From an uncultured Actinomycetes bacterium (GTDB lineage Bacteria > Actinomycetota > Thermoleophilia > UBA2241), in assembly GCA_963767005.1 (NCBI GenBank), contig CAVYCN010000004.1, forward strand, positions 384,001-448,000: a stretch of 64,000 nucleotides of DNA, written 5' to 3'. Made by a program: the position numbers and the translations under genes. Below the pieces are notes generated by a model. It did no database searches. It saw nothing but the letters and a program-made list of their open reading frames with translations, and was not told the DNA's origin. Positions 29,603 to 39,756 of the stretch are shown here, in pieces (position 1 is the stretch's first letter; the number at the start of each line of letters is the position of its first letter).

Positions 29603-30565
29603 TCAGGCCTGCAGCTCGGCGAGCAGCGCCCGCACCTCGGCGAGGCGCTCGTCCAGACCGAGCGCCTCGCAGACCTTCTCGGCCTCGGTGAGCTGCAGGA
29701 TCGCGTCGAGCGTCTGCTCGTGCGCCCGGCACTGCCTGGCGAGCTCGACCTCGTCGCCGACGAGCTGCTCGAGCAAGTGCCGCACCCCGGGGTCTGTCAG
29801 GTCGACCTCGGCTTCGCCGGTGGTCACCAGGATGTCCGACAGCAGCACCGGAGCCGGCGCCTCCGGCGTCTCTCGCGTGTCCGGCGTCGGCGCCGACTGG
29901 TCTGGTGGCACCACCGGCTCCGCTTCGGCGGCAGGCGCCGGTGCGGCGTCCGGCTCGGGTGCGGCCGCGGTCCCTTCGGCCGCGGCCGAGGGGGGCTCCT
30001 GCGCCGCCCTCGCGTGGTCGGGCGGGAAGATGTCGTCGTGGGAGCCGAAGGGATCGACGGGGAACGGCCCGTGATCGACAAAGACGCCCGGCGCCGCGGA
30101 TCCCGGTTCGGGTGAGGCGGGGCTGCCGAGCGCCTCGAAGTCGCGTGAGAGGGGCTCGTCGAGGAACGAGCCGGTCTGCTCGGGCGTCACGATCGGTGCG
30201 GCGGGTGGAGCCACCGCCGGCGTCGCCGCCTCGAGCGGCGGCGTGGCCGGCGCGAAGGCCGGCGCGGGCGACGGCTCCTCCGGAGCTTCGACGACCGGGG
30301 CGGGCGGCGTCGGTGACATCGCGGCGACCGGCGCCGGGGGCGCGTCGGCGAGCGGCGCCGGCGGGGCGGCCCACGACGGACGCGGTGCGGCCAGCGTGTC
30401 GGGTGCGGCCGGCGGCCCGCTCGCGGCCTGGTCGGCGGCCGGCCCCGCGGCCATCAGCTTGTCGTCGGCGCTGCGGTGGCGGATCAGGACGATGAGGAGC
30501 AGCACCGCGACGACCAGCGCCGCCACGGCGACCCCCAGCCACTGCATCTCGATCGCTGCGATCAT
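29603..30565 (-). CDS. Membrane-anchored Pro/Ala-rich acidic protein with helical C-terminal domain
   Basis: N-terminal TM, long disordered linker, amphipathic C-terminus. Confidence 0.7.
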   Translation of the reverse strand: MIAAIEMQWLGVAVAALVVAVLLLIVLIRHRSADDKLMAAGPAADQAASGPPAAPDTLAAPRPSWAAPPAPLADAPPAPVAAMSPTPPAPVVEAPEEPSPAPAFAPATPPLEAATPAVAPPAAPIVTPEQTGSFLDEPLSRDFEALGSPASPEPGSAAPGVFVDHGPFPVDPFGSHDDIFPPDHARAAQEPPSAAAEGTAAAPEPDAAPAPAAEAEPVVPPDQSAPTPDTRETPEAPAPVLLSDILVTTGEAEVDLTDPGVRHLLEQLVGDEVELARQCRAHEQTLDAILQLTEAEKVCEALGLDERLAEVRALLAELQA

Positions 30566-30710
30566 GGCTACCCCTTGCCTTCACCTCGTGGTGGACGTCC
30601 GCATCCAAGTTCTGCCTGCACCGCCCGTTCCCTGCGCTGTCCCGCCGCGGCTCGCGGGGCAGTACAATCCGAGGCGCTCGCACTCCCGCTCATCGACGGT
30701 AGGTGGACGC

Positions 30711-31733
30711 ATGATCGACCCGGCCGTGCTGCGCGCCACGCTGGCCGAGCTCGGCCAGCCGCCGTATCGTGCCACCCAGGTCTACGAGGCCCTGACCCGC
30801 GGTCTCATCACCGACTTCGCCGACGTCGGCGTGCTGCCGCGGGCGCTGCGCGCGGCTCTGACCGAGCGCCTCGAGCCGCTCAGCCTGCGGCCGGTCGAGA
30901 CGCGCGCGACGGCGGCCGGCGACGCGCGCAAGACGCTCTTCGAGACGCGCGACGGACGGGCCGTCGAAGCCGTCCTCATGGTCTATCCGCGGCGCGCCAC
31001 GGTGTGCATCTCGAGCCAGGTTGGCTGCTCCGTGCGCTGCGCCTTCTGCGCCTCGGGGGCCCGCGGCCGCGCGCGCGACCTGAGCGCCGAAGAGATGGTC
31101 GACCAGGTGTTGCACTTCGCGCGCGTGCTGCGCGCCGCCGGACGGTCGGTCACCAACGTCGTCGTCATGGGCATGGGCGAGCCCTTCCTCAACTACGACG
31201 AAACGCTGCGCGCCTGCCGCCTGCTGAACGACCCCGACGGCTTCGGACTGGGTGCGCGCGGCCTGTCGATCTCGACGGCCGGGGTGATCCCGGCCCTGCG
31301 GCGTTTCACCGCCGAGGGATCGCAGATCAACCTCGCGGTCAGCCTCCACGCCGCCACCGACGAGCTGCGCGACCGGCTCGTGCCGCTCAACCGGCGCTAT
31401 CCGCTCGACGCGCTGCTCGCCGCCTGCGCGGAGTACGTGGAGCGCCGCCGCCGCAAGCTCCTGTTCGAGTACGTCGTGCTCTCCGGCGTGAACGACGGCG
31501 CCGACCAGGTGCGGGCCCTCGCGGCGCGCCTGCGGCGGCCGCTCTACCACCTGAACCTGATCGCCTACAACGAGGGGGGCGGCGAGTTCGCGCGCCCGCC
31601 GGCGCGCGAGCTCGCCGCCCTCCGCGACCGTCTCGTCGCAGCCGGCCTGCCCTGCACAGTCCGGCGCTCGCCGGGGGGAGAGATCGAGGCCGCCTGCGGC
31701 CAGCTCGCCGGGGCGCACCGGCCCGTCGGATAG
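30711..31733 (+). CDS. rlmN: Dual-specificity RNA methyltransferase RlmN
   Basis: CISSQVGCSVRCAFCASG, MGMGEP, SLHA, IEAACGQL. Confidence 0.95.
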   Translation: MIDPAVLRATLAELGQPPYRATQVYEALTRGLITDFADVGVLPRALRAALTERLEPLSLRPVETRATAAGDARKTLFETRDGRAVEAVLMVYPRRATVCISSQVGCSVRCAFCASGARGRARDLSAEEMVDQVLHFARVLRAAGRSVTNVVVMGMGEPFLNYDETLRACRLLNDPDGFGLGARGLSISTAGVIPALRRFTAEGSQINLAVSLHAATDELRDRLVPLNRRYPLDALLAACAEYVERRRRKLLFEYVVLSGVNDGADQVRALAARLRRPLYHLNLIAYNEGGGEFARPPARELAALRDRLVAAGLPCTVRRSPGGEIEAACGQLAGAHRPVG

Positions 31734-31770
31734 GCGCTGTCGGCGCGCCGAGCGACTTCGTCGTCGGCGC

Positions 31771-32763
31771 TCAGGCCGGGGTGACTCCGTCGCGCGCCTC
31801 GTCGCCGGCGGGCGGCAACGCGTTTCGCAGCCGGGTGGCCGCCACGCTCGGTTCGACCGTGTTCACGCCGATGCCCGTGCCGAGCTCGAAGCCGGCCATG
31901 GTGGTCGTCCTGGGCGCCACCTCGAGGTGCCAGTGGAAGGGCGGGCGCGGCTCGTCGTCGGGCTCGCCGGTCGCGCGCGGCACGGTGTGCAGCCAGGCGT
32001 TGAACGGCGCGGCGGCGGTGGCCGCGGCGAGCGCGCCGAGGGCGCGCCGCAGGGCGGCCGCCAGGGTGCGCGGGTCGGCGTCGAGCACGTCGGGCTCGTG
32101 GGCGGCGGGGGCGAGTCGCAGCTCGTAGGGCCAGCGCGCGGCGGCGGGGGTCCAGGCCACGATCGGGCCGTCGAAGACGAGGAGCGAGCCCTCGTCGACG
32201 ACCGTGCCGATCAGGTCGCAGAGCAGGCAGCGGCCGTACTTGAGCTCGTGGCGCCGGAGCTGCTCGAGCTCGCGCACGAGGACGGGCGGCACGATCGGCG
32301 TGGCGAAGACTTGCGAGTGCGGGTGGGCGAGCGACGCGCCCGCCGCGTGGCCCTGGTTCAGGATCACGGTGACGGCCGCGGCGCCGGCCGCGGAGAGCGC
32401 CGCGATACGCCGCTGATACATGGCGACGACGTCGGTTACCTCGCCGAGCGACTGACGGTGCAGCGGCACGTCGTGGCGCGGCGAGTGGATCACGACCTCG
32501 TGGCCGCCCTCGAGCACCGGGAACTTGTTGGGCACCACGCGGACCGTCCAGCCCGGGCCGTCGGCTGGCCCGCCGCCGGGCCGCATGACGTCGACCTCGG
32601 GCGGCGTCAGGCCTTCGTTGCCGGCGCAGAAGGGGCAGGGGCGGGGGGCTGCCTCGGCGTCTCCGCCGCCGGCGTCGTGGGGGCGCTCCTCGCGGCGTGG
32701 CGCGACGATGGTCCAGGCGCCCGTCAGCGGGTCGCGCCGCAGGACGCCGAGGCCGGGGTTCAC
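31771..32763 (-). CDS. galT: Galactose-1-phosphate uridylyltransferase family protein
   Basis: CPFCAGNE, VRVVPNKFP, GASLAHPHSQ, FHWHLE, AGFELGTG. Confidence 0.88.
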   Translation of the reverse strand: MNPGLGVLRRDPLTGAWTIVAPRREERPHDAGGGDAEAAPRPCPFCAGNEGLTPPEVDVMRPGGGPADGPGWTVRVVPNKFPVLEGGHEVVIHSPRHDVPLHRQSLGEVTDVVAMYQRRIAALSAAGAAAVTVILNQGHAAGASLAHPHSQVFATPIVPPVLVRELEQLRRHELKYGRCLLCDLIGTVVDEGSLLVFDGPIVAWTPAAARWPYELRLAPAAHEPDVLDADPRTLAAALRRALGALAAATAAAPFNAWLHTVPRATGEPDDEPRPPFHWHLEVAPRTTTMAGFELGTGIGVNTVEPSVAATRLRNALPPAGDEARDGVTPA

Positions 32764-33737
32764 GAGTGCAGGACGAACCGGTCGCCGCCTGCGTGCTTGG
32801 CTTCGTACATCGCCCGATCGGCGCGCTCGAGGAGCGCGGCGGCGCCGTCGTCGTCGGGCCGCACCAGCGTGCCGCCGACGGAGATCGTCATGGCGATCGC
32901 TTCTTCGGTCGGCGTGACGAAGGTGGAGCCGTGCACCACGTGCACGGCGCGCTCGCCCACGTGCCGCAGGTCGTCGTGGTCGCCGATCGCGCTCACGACG
33001 ATGAACTCGTCGCCGCCGTAGCGGCCGAGCAGGTCCATCTTGCGGGTGCCGTCGGACAGGATCGTGGCGACGAAGCGCAGGGCCTCGTCGCCCGTGGCGT
33101 GGCCGAACGCGTCGTTGATCGCCTTGAAGTCGTCGATGTCGATGTGGGTGACGCCGAACCGCTGACCGATGCGCCGGTAGAGCTCGAGGTTCTGTTCGAG
33201 GACGACGTCGATGTAGCGCCGGTTGAACAGGCCGGTGAGCGGATCGGTCACGGCCGTGTCGGACAGGTGCTGGATGAGGCGCGTCACCTCGCGGCCGGCC
33301 ACCGCCTCGAGCTCGCCGAAGACCTCGACGCCGAAGGTGACCCCGTCGATCGAGAAGCGTCGCGTCTTGACGTAGACGGCCAGGCGCTCGCCGTCCTCGC
33401 GCTTGAGGAAGACCTCGTTCACGTCGCGCGGGCGGCCGTCGGCGATGCATTCCTGCAGCGGGCACGACGCGGTGCAGAGCTTGTGGCCGTAGACGTCTTC
33501 GTGCACCAGGATGTCGTCGTAGCAGTGACTGCCGACCACATCGGCCGCGGCGTAGCCGGTGATGCGCTCGGCGCCCTCGCTCCAGTACACGATCTCGCGC
33601 TGGTCGTCGGTGACGTAGATGCCCTCGGGGATGGCGTCGATCAGATCGGGCAGGAAGCGGTCGAACGTACGCCGTCCCCACACGCCGGCGCGGCGCTCGA
33701 GGTCGGGCCTGTCGCGAAACGGAGGCGTCGTGCTCAC
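32760..33737 (-). CDS. PAS-GGDEF diguanylate cyclase
   Basis: PAS (YWSEGAERITGY), DPLTGLFNRR, DIDDFKAINDAFGH, RYGGDEF. Confidence 0.93.
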   Translation of the reverse strand: MSTTPPFRDRPDLERRAGVWGRRTFDRFLPDLIDAIPEGIYVTDDQREIVYWSEGAERITGYAAADVVGSHCYDDILVHEDVYGHKLCTASCPLQECIADGRPRDVNEVFLKREDGERLAVYVKTRRFSIDGVTFGVEVFGELEAVAGREVTRLIQHLSDTAVTDPLTGLFNRRYIDVVLEQNLELYRRIGQRFGVTHIDIDDFKAINDAFGHATGDEALRFVATILSDGTRKMDLLGRYGGDEFIVVSAIGDHDDLRHVGERAVHVVHGSTFVTPTEEAIAMTISVGGTLVRPDDDGAAALLERADRAMYEAKHAGGDRFVLHS

Positions 33738-33777
33738 GACGCGGCCCCCGTGATGCCAGAGGTGTCCGGCGCCACGC

Positions 33778-34530
33778 TCACGATTCCAGGTCGATGCTGC
33801 CGTCGCTGGTGAGCGCGGTCTCGAGGGTCGGTTTGTCGACGTCGTCGCGCGACTTGTAGAGCCGCTGCGCGTCCTGCACGCGCTCGTAGTCGTCGTCGAT
33901 GATCGCGCCCAGACGCCGCCACAGGCACACGTCGGTCTTCAAGTACTTCTCCTTGATCTCGTCGGTGCACTCGCCGGCGACCGGGCAGCCGTAGCAGACC
34001 TCGTTGTCGATCACGGTCTTGGCCACCTTCATGCGCTCGCCCTCGTCGATGCGCCGGTAGGCGTCGAGCAGGAGCTCCTGCACGCTGCCGGTGATGCGGA
34101 TGATGAACTCGGGCATGGCGTCGGAGGTGTCGAACTCGAACACCCCGTTCTGCCAGTGCGCCAGGGCGAAGACCTGGTCGAGCGTCTGGCGCAGCATGAT
34201 GTTGCGGACCTGGTCGGCCGTGCTGTAGCCCTTCTCGAGCAGACGCTGGCCGAGCGGCTTGGCCTTCTTCTCCTCTTTGGAGAGGAGGGTGTCGGCCATG
34301 AGCACCTCGGACAGCTGTGTCTCGTTCAGCAGGCCGGCCTTGACCAGGCGCGTGCCCAGCTTCTCGTCGGTCATGGGCAGCGAGATGCCCTGCACGCGCC
34401 CCTCGATCAGGTAGATGAAGCCGTACTCGTCGAAGTCGCGGACCTCGAGGATGCCGGTGGCCTGCTCCTGCGCAAGGAACTGCAGGACGCTCGCGAGCTT
34501 GAACTTGCGTATAGAACCGCTCAGCAGCAT
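33778..34530 (-). CDS. DUF4388 (PatA-N-like) domain protein with Cys-rich C-terminus
   Basis: LSGSIRKFKLASVLQFL..TGIL, LGTRLVKAGL, WQNGVFEF, LLDAYRRIDE. Confidence 0.85.
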   Translation of the reverse strand: MLLSGSIRKFKLASVLQFLAQEQATGILEVRDFDEYGFIYLIEGRVQGISLPMTDEKLGTRLVKAGLLNETQLSEVLMADTLLSKEEKKAKPLGQRLLEKGYSTADQVRNIMLRQTLDQVFALAHWQNGVFEFDTSDAMPEFIIRITGSVQELLLDAYRRIDEGERMKVAKTVIDNEVCYGCPVAGECTDEIKEKYLKTDVCLWRRLGAIIDDDYERVQDAQRLYKSRDDVDKPTLETALTSDGSIDLES

Positions 34531-34640
34531 GGTGCGGACCCGGTCGCCTCTCCCTTTGTCGCTGGTTTTCGGCAGAGTATGGCAGAAATGTTAGGATGCT
34601 CTGACGTTGCCTTCGAGCCGCGCCGGTCCGAGCCTGCGCG

Positions 34641-34670
34641 TTGACCCTCCCCTGCGAGGCTGGCTATACT
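34641..34670 (+). promoter_or_regulatory. Sigma-70 promoter of the rpmH operon
   Basis: TTGACC, 18 nt spacer, TATACT. Confidence 0.7.
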
Positions 34671-34705
34671 TGCCCCTTTGGACACAGTGAACGAGCGAGG
34701 ACGCC

Positions 34706-34840
34706 GTGAAGAGGACCTATCAACCCAACACCCGCAAGCGCAAGAAGACGCACGGCTTTCGCAAGCGGATGAGCACGAAGGCGGGACGGGCGGTCATCAA
34801 GCGGCGGCGTCAGAAGGGTCGCAAGCGCCTCTCAGCCTAG
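34706..34840 (+). CDS. rpmH: 50S ribosomal protein L34 (not in ORF track)
   Basis: [44 protein letters not shown]. Confidence 0.98.
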   Translation: MKRTYQPNTRKRKKTHGFRKRMSTKAGRAVIKRRRQKGRKRLSA

Positions 34841-34851
34841 GCCGCCGGCCC

Positions 34852-35226
34852 GTGACGGCCAAGCGCTCGCGCCTCACCCGCTCCAGCGACTTTCAGCGTG
34901 TCTATCGCCAGGGAAGCTCGACGGCGTCGCGCTTCTTGGTGTTGCACTACTTCGCCCAGCCGGCCGGCGGCGGCGAGCCGCGTCTCGGTCTGTCGGTGTC
35001 GAAGAAACTCGGCGGGGCGGTCGTGCGCAACCGCGTCAAGCGCCTCTTGCGTGAGGCCTTCCGCGAGTGTGCCGAGCGGCTGCCCGGGGACTACGACTAC
35101 GTGCTGATCGCCCGCCCGCATCTGACCGAACTGCTCGACGGGCCCGACAAGGGCGCCGTCCCGGCGGCCGTGCGCGACGTCTTCGAGCGCGCCGGCCAGC
35201 TCCAGAAAGGCTCCCCCGCATCGTGA
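34852..35226 (+). CDS. rnpA: Ribonuclease P protein component
   Basis: [33 protein letters not shown]. Confidence 0.96.
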   Translation: MTAKRSRLTRSSDFQRVYRQGSSTASRFLVLHYFAQPAGGGEPRLGLSVSKKLGGAVVRNRVKRLLREAFRECAERLPGDYDYVLIARPHLTELLDGPDKGAVPAAVRDVFERAGQLQKGSPAS

Positions 35227-35447
35227 TCCGCAGCATCCTCATCGCACCGATCCGGTTCTACCAGCTCGCCATCTCACCCATGCTCGGGCAGCGCTGCAAG
35301 TACTATCCGAGCTGCTCCGAGTACACGATCGAGGCGATCCGCGTGCACGGTCCGCTCAAGGGCCTGGCACTGGGCGCCTGGCGCATCCTGCGCTGCAACC
35401 CCTACAGCCACGGCGGCGTCGATCACGTGCCGCCGCGCCACGCCTGA
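35223..35447 (+). CDS. yidD: Membrane protein insertion efficiency factor YidD
   Basis: [31 protein letters not shown]. Confidence 0.96.
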   Translation: MIRSILIAPIRFYQLAISPMLGQRCKYYPSCSEYTIEAIRVHGPLKGLALGAWRILRCNPYSHGGVDHVPPRHA

Positions 35448-35451
35448 GACC

Positions 35452-36465
35452 ATGATCCACCTCGCCGTCTACCTGGCCGCCTTCGCCAACAACCCGGTCT
35501 ACCACGCCCTGGGGCAGATCTTCGGCCCCTTCGTCCATCTCCTGCGCTACGTCCTGCGCGAGATCCACGGCGTGCTCGGGAGCTGGGGCTGGTCGATCGT
35601 GATCCTCACGGTGATCGTGCGCCTGTTCCTGATGCCGCTGACCTTCAAGCAGTTCCGCTCGGCCCAGTCCATGCAGCAGCTGCAGCCCAAGATCAAGGAG
35701 ATCCAGCGCAAGTACAAGAACGACAAGCGCAAGCTCCAGGAAGAGACGATGAAGCTCTACCAGGAGTACCGGGTCAACCCCTTCGCGTCGTGCCTGCCGC
35801 TGCTCATCCAGATGCCGATCTTCATCTGCCTGTACTACGCGATCAGGTTCACGCCCGAGATCAAGTCGGCGAGCTTCCTCTTCATCCCGTCGCTGGGCAA
35901 GCCCTACCTGCCGCTCTTCGCCTTCTACATCGCCTCGCAGCTCTTCTCGACCGAGCTCATGATGACGCCCGAGACCGACCCGCAGCAGAAGTGGATCATG
36001 CGGGCCATGCCGATCTTCTTCGTCGTGATCCTCTACAGGTTCCCGTCGGGCCTGCTGGTCTACTGGGTGACGACCAACCTCTGGACGATCATGCAGCAGA
36101 TCATCATCCGCCGGACGGCGCCCAAGCACGAGCTCCAGCCGCAGGGCGCCAAGCCACCGGGTCGCTTCATGCGTGCGCTGACCCAGGCTCAGGAGCGAGC
36201 CGAGGAGCAGCGCTCCTCGACGGGCGGTGCGCGCGAGGCGCGGGCGGACCGCCCGCGCAACGGCAAGCCGTCGGCGAGCCGCTCGGGCGACGCCCGCGCC
36301 GCCAAGAGCGGGACGGCCGGCGATGGGCAGCGCCAGGGCGGCAGCAAGTCCGGTGGCGGCTCCGGGCAGAAGCGGCCCGGACAACGCCCCACGACCAAGA
36401 GCGGCAAACGTCCCCAGCGACCCGGCGGCACAGGCGGCAGCCCCAAGCGTAGACCGACCGACTGA
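35452..36465 (+). CDS. yidC: Membrane protein insertase YidC with long basic tail
   Basis: WGWSIVILTVIVR, LQPKIKEIQ, CLPLLIQMPIF, GLLVYW. Confidence 0.95.
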   Translation: MIHLAVYLAAFANNPVYHALGQIFGPFVHLLRYVLREIHGVLGSWGWSIVILTVIVRLFLMPLTFKQFRSAQSMQQLQPKIKEIQRKYKNDKRKLQEETMKLYQEYRVNPFASCLPLLIQMPIFICLYYAIRFTPEIKSASFLFIPSLGKPYLPLFAFYIASQLFSTELMMTPETDPQQKWIMRAMPIFFVVILYRFPSGLLVYWVTTNLWTIMQQIIIRRTAPKHELQPQGAKPPGRFMRALTQAQERAEEQRSSTGGAREARADRPRNGKPSASRSGDARAAKSGTAGDGQRQGGSKSGGGSGQKRPGQRPTTKSGKRPQRPGGTGGSPKRRPTD

Positions 36466-36499
36466 CCGGCAGCCCGACGCGACCCGAGCGGAGCAAGCG

Positions 36500-37228
36500 A
36501 TGGACGACAGCGTGAGCCCACCCCCAGACGAGCTGGCCGACGAGACCGAGTTCGCCACCGTGGCCAGCGCGGCCACGCTCGAGGCGGCCAAGAAGAAGGC
36601 GCTCGAGCAGTTGCGTAAGGTCGTGCCGTACGTGCGCGAGGACGACGTCGAATTCGTCGTCGTCGACGAAGGCGGCCAGGGCGGCTTTCTCGGCATGGGC
36701 AAGTCGCAGCCGCGGGTCGAGGCACGAGTCCTGCCCGGTGCGGTGGCCGACGCCGGCGATGTCGTCGAGGCCTCCGAGGCGCTCGAGAAGCTCGACGCCT
36801 TCATCTCGCAGGTCACCGCCGGCATGGGGCTGCAGGTCGACGTCGAAGTCTCGCAGGCCGGCGACGCCGTGGTGGCCGACATCGCCGGCGACGACCTTGG
36901 GCTCCTGATCGGCCGGCACGGCCAGACGCTCGACGCGCTGCAGTACCTCGCCGCGATCGTGGTGAACGGCCATTCGCACGCCCGCCGCCAGGTCATCGTC
37001 GACGCCGAGGGCTACCGCAACCGCCGCGAGGTGTCGCTCAAGGCGGTCGCCGAACGCGCCGCCCAGAAGGTCGAGCGCACCCGCAACGAGATGGTGCTCA
37101 AGCCGATGACCGCCGCCGAGCGCAAGATCGTGCACCTCCACCTCAAGGACCACCCCAAGGTCGAGACTCGCTCCGAAGGCGACGAGCCGCAGCGCTCGGT
37201 CATCGTCTCCCCCCGCAAGCGGCAGTAG
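36500..37228 (+). CDS. jag: RNA-binding protein Jag/EloR (KH plus R3H)
   Basis: GFLGMG, LLIGRHGQTLDALQ, ERKIVH, SEGDEPQR. Confidence 0.95.
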   Translation: MDDSVSPPPDELADETEFATVASAATLEAAKKKALEQLRKVVPYVREDDVEFVVVDEGGQGGFLGMGKSQPRVEARVLPGAVADAGDVVEASEALEKLDAFISQVTAGMGLQVDVEVSQAGDAVVADIAGDDLGLLIGRHGQTLDALQYLAAIVVNGHSHARRQVIVDAEGYRNRREVSLKAVAERAAQKVERTRNEMVLKPMTAAERKIVHLHLKDHPKVETRSEGDEPQRSVIVSPRKRQ

Positions 37229-37430
37229 CCGCGCCGCGCGCCGCGCAGCCGCGGCGCGCCGGAGACCACCGCAGGCACGATCCGGCGGCATGCCGGCGCC
37301 GGCCCGCGCGCGACGGTCAAGCCGCCCGCCCCGGTCGCCGATACCCTTTCTCGCGATCGTGACGACAGAGCGCCGGCCGCGCGGCCGGCCGCTTGTGGCG
37401 GGCCGCGCGGCCCGAGAAGGGAGAGCACTC

Positions 37431-38411
37431 ATGCGAAAGGTCCTCGTCTCAGGCCTCGCTCTCGCCGTGGCGACGGCCGTCCTGGTCGTGGCCGGTTGCG
37501 GCTCGAGCTCGTCGGGCTCGAGCGGCTCGTCGACGGCCCAGAGCACGGCCGACGGCATGACCGCCGCCCAGGTCCTCGCCAAGGCGAGCAAGGCCATGGA
37601 CGGCGTGAAGAGCGCACACTTCACGGCCACCGTCGGCGTCGTCCAGGCCGGCAAGAGCGCGAGCGCTGCGAGTCCGACGCTGATCCTGCTGCACGCCGCC
37701 GGCACGGCCGGCGACGTCAAGGGCGCCGCGGCGGCCGACGTGACCATGACGCTGAGGGCCGGCCTCGACACGATGGCCTTTGCCGTAAAGGAGACCGACC
37801 ATCACACTTGGCTTGGCTATCAGGGCAAGTGGTACGTGGTGCCGGCCGGCAAGACCGCGGCGGCCGGCTCAGGCGCGAGCTTCGGGGGCCCAGGCGTCGG
37901 GGCGGGCTCGATCACGGCGCTCGCCGGCCTCGGCCTCGATCCGCGGGCCTGGGCGCAGTCGAGCACCGTCACGGTCGAGCAGCGCGCCGGCGCGAAGGTC
38001 TATCACGTCAGAACCACGGCCGACACGGCGAAGATCATGAGCGACCTCGTCAAGCTGCTCACAAGCTCGGCGGTGGCCGGCGCGGCCGCCGAAAACAGCT
38101 CGGCCGGCATGGAGCTGAACCTGCTGAAGCAGGACCCCGCCCTGCTGAAGAGCCTGCAGAAAGCCCTCGTATCGGCGTCGGCGCAGGAGTGGATCGACGC
38201 CGGCACCTTCCGCCCGGACCAGGGTCAGCTCGACGCGCGCTTCAGCCTCGCCTCGGGCACGACGACGAACGGGTTCACGATCCACGTCGTCTATCAGCTC
38301 AACGGTTTTGGTCAGGCGGTGAAGGTCGTTGCCCCGAAGCACGCGCTGCCCTTCAAGCAGCTCAGCAAGGGGCTGTCGAAGCTGGGTGCGGCGGGCGCCG
38401 CGGGTCTTTAG
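37431..38411 (+). CDS. Lipoprotein, LppX/LprAFG-like (putative)
   Basis: Lipobox VAGC, AQVLAKASKAMDGVKSAHF, C-terminal FGQAVKVVAP. Confidence 0.65.
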   Translation: MRKVLVSGLALAVATAVLVVAGCGSSSSGSSGSSTAQSTADGMTAAQVLAKASKAMDGVKSAHFTATVGVVQAGKSASAASPTLILLHAAGTAGDVKGAAAADVTMTLRAGLDTMAFAVKETDHHTWLGYQGKWYVVPAGKTAAAGSGASFGGPGVGAGSITALAGLGLDPRAWAQSSTVTVEQRAGAKVYHVRTTADTAKIMSDLVKLLTSSAVAGAAAENSSAGMELNLLKQDPALLKSLQKALVSASAQEWIDAGTFRPDQGQLDARFSLASGTTTNGFTIHVVYQLNGFGQAVKVVAPKHALPFKQLSKGLSKLGAAGAAGL

Positions 38412-38454
38412 ACGAACGGGTGGGGCGGCGCGCCGCGCAGGCGGCGCGCCGCGC

Positions 38455-39756
38455 TCACCGACCCCAGTCGAAGTCGGGCGCGCGCTTGGTCTTCCAGTCG
38501 GCCGGCACGTTCTCGTCGTCGGTGCGCTGCCCTTTCATCGATTTCGAGATGATCACGCCGCGCGTGACGCCGGTCGTCGCCGGGTCGCCGGAGCCCGAGC
38601 CGCCCTCGCGCGGCGCCGGCGGCTTGACGCGCGTGGGCGCGAGCTGCACTGTGCCGTCGTTGCGGGCGCTCGCGTTGGGCCGCAGGTCGACGCGCTCGTC
38701 GTAGCCGCGATCGGCCAGCGTGATGCGCCCGGCCCCCTCGAGCTCGACGCGGAACTGATACCAGCCCATCGACCACATGAACGTGACCAGCAGCGTGCTC
38801 TCGTTCTCGGAGCCCACGTGCACCTGGGGGATGCCGAGGTGCTCGTCGGTCTCGACGATGCGCTTGGGCACACCGCTCACGTTGAGCAGATCGACCCCGC
38901 GCTGCAGGATGGTGAGGGGCACGAGCTCGTCGTCGGCCGCGGGTGCGAGCGCCGGTTGGTCGGACTCGCCGTTGCCGCCGGCGGCCAGGGCGGCCGCCTC
39001 GGCCACGTGGCCGATCTCGCCGGTCGCCTCGCCGTCGAACGGCGAGACCGCCGGCGCCGCCGCGGCGGCCGGATGGTCGCCGGCCTGCCGGCCCAGGGCG
39101 GCCACGTCGAAGACCGCGATCTCGTCCGCCTCGGCGCCGGCGTTGGACGCCGCCTCTGTGACGGCGGCGGCGTCGCCGCCCCAGGTCTGGCCGGCGCGCA
39201 GGGCCTCGCCCAGCCGCGGGTCGGTGTGCTCGGCGGGCGCCGGTACGGCGGCCTCCGGCACCTCGTCGATCGCGCCCATCTCGGCGAGGTCGGCGGGGGT
39301 GTACTCGACCGTCTGCGCGCCGATCTCGGCGGCCGGCTCGGCCGCGTCTGGCGCGGTCATGGGGCGGCGCTCGGCGGGGCTCTCGCCACGCAGCCGGGCG
39401 AGCTGCGCGACGAGCTCCTGGTTCTCGGCTCCGGCGCGCGCAAGCTGGGCCTGCAGGCGCTCGATCTCGGCGTCCTTGTCTTTGAGCGCGCGCCAGAAGG
39501 CGTCGGAGTCGGCGCGCGCCGGCTTGACGCGCGCGGGTGTCACGGTCGCGATGTCGTCGGCCGGCTCGATGACGGGAGACGACGAAAAGCCCGGCGCGGC
39601 CGCTGCACGGGCGCAGAGCGCGCAGATGTAGCGCTCGGAGCCGTCGTCGTCGACCACCCGCTGCGTCCACTCACCGGCGAGCAGGTGACGGCCGCAGGCG
39701 CTGCAGACCGTGTCGTCGCGATCGTCCTTCGTGCGTCCGAAAAGGCGTCCTAGCAT
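38455..39756 (-). CDS. Hypothetical protein: Zn-ribbon, coiled coil, acidic linker, C-terminal beta domain
   Basis: CSACG...CALC, KDAEIERLQAQL, FMWSMGWYQFRVEL. Confidence 0.75.
   Translation of the reverse strand: MLGRLFGRTKDDRDDTVCSACGRHLLAGEWTQRVVDDDGSERYICALCARAAAAPGFSSSPVIEPADDIATVTPARVKPARADSDAFWRALKDKDAEIERLQAQLARAGAENQELVAQLARLRGESPAERRPMTAPDAAEPAAEIGAQTVEYTPADLAEMGAIDEVPEAAVPAPAEHTDPRLGEALRAGQTWGGDAAAVTEAASNAGAEADEIAVFDVAALGRQAGDHPAAAAAPAVSPFDGEATGEIGHVAEAAALAAGGNGESDQPALAPAADDELVPLTILQRGVDLLNVSGVPKRIVETDEHLGIPQVHVGSENESTLLVTFMWSMGWYQFRVELEGAGRITLADRGYDERVDLRPNASARNDGTVQLAPTRVKPPAPREGGSGSGDPATTGVTRGVIISKSMKGQRTDDENVPADWKTKRAPDFDWGR

Noticed and set aside
34531-34705. Possible oriC next to rpmH
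   Set aside because: No DnaA-box cluster, no AT-rich unwinding element, no dnaA
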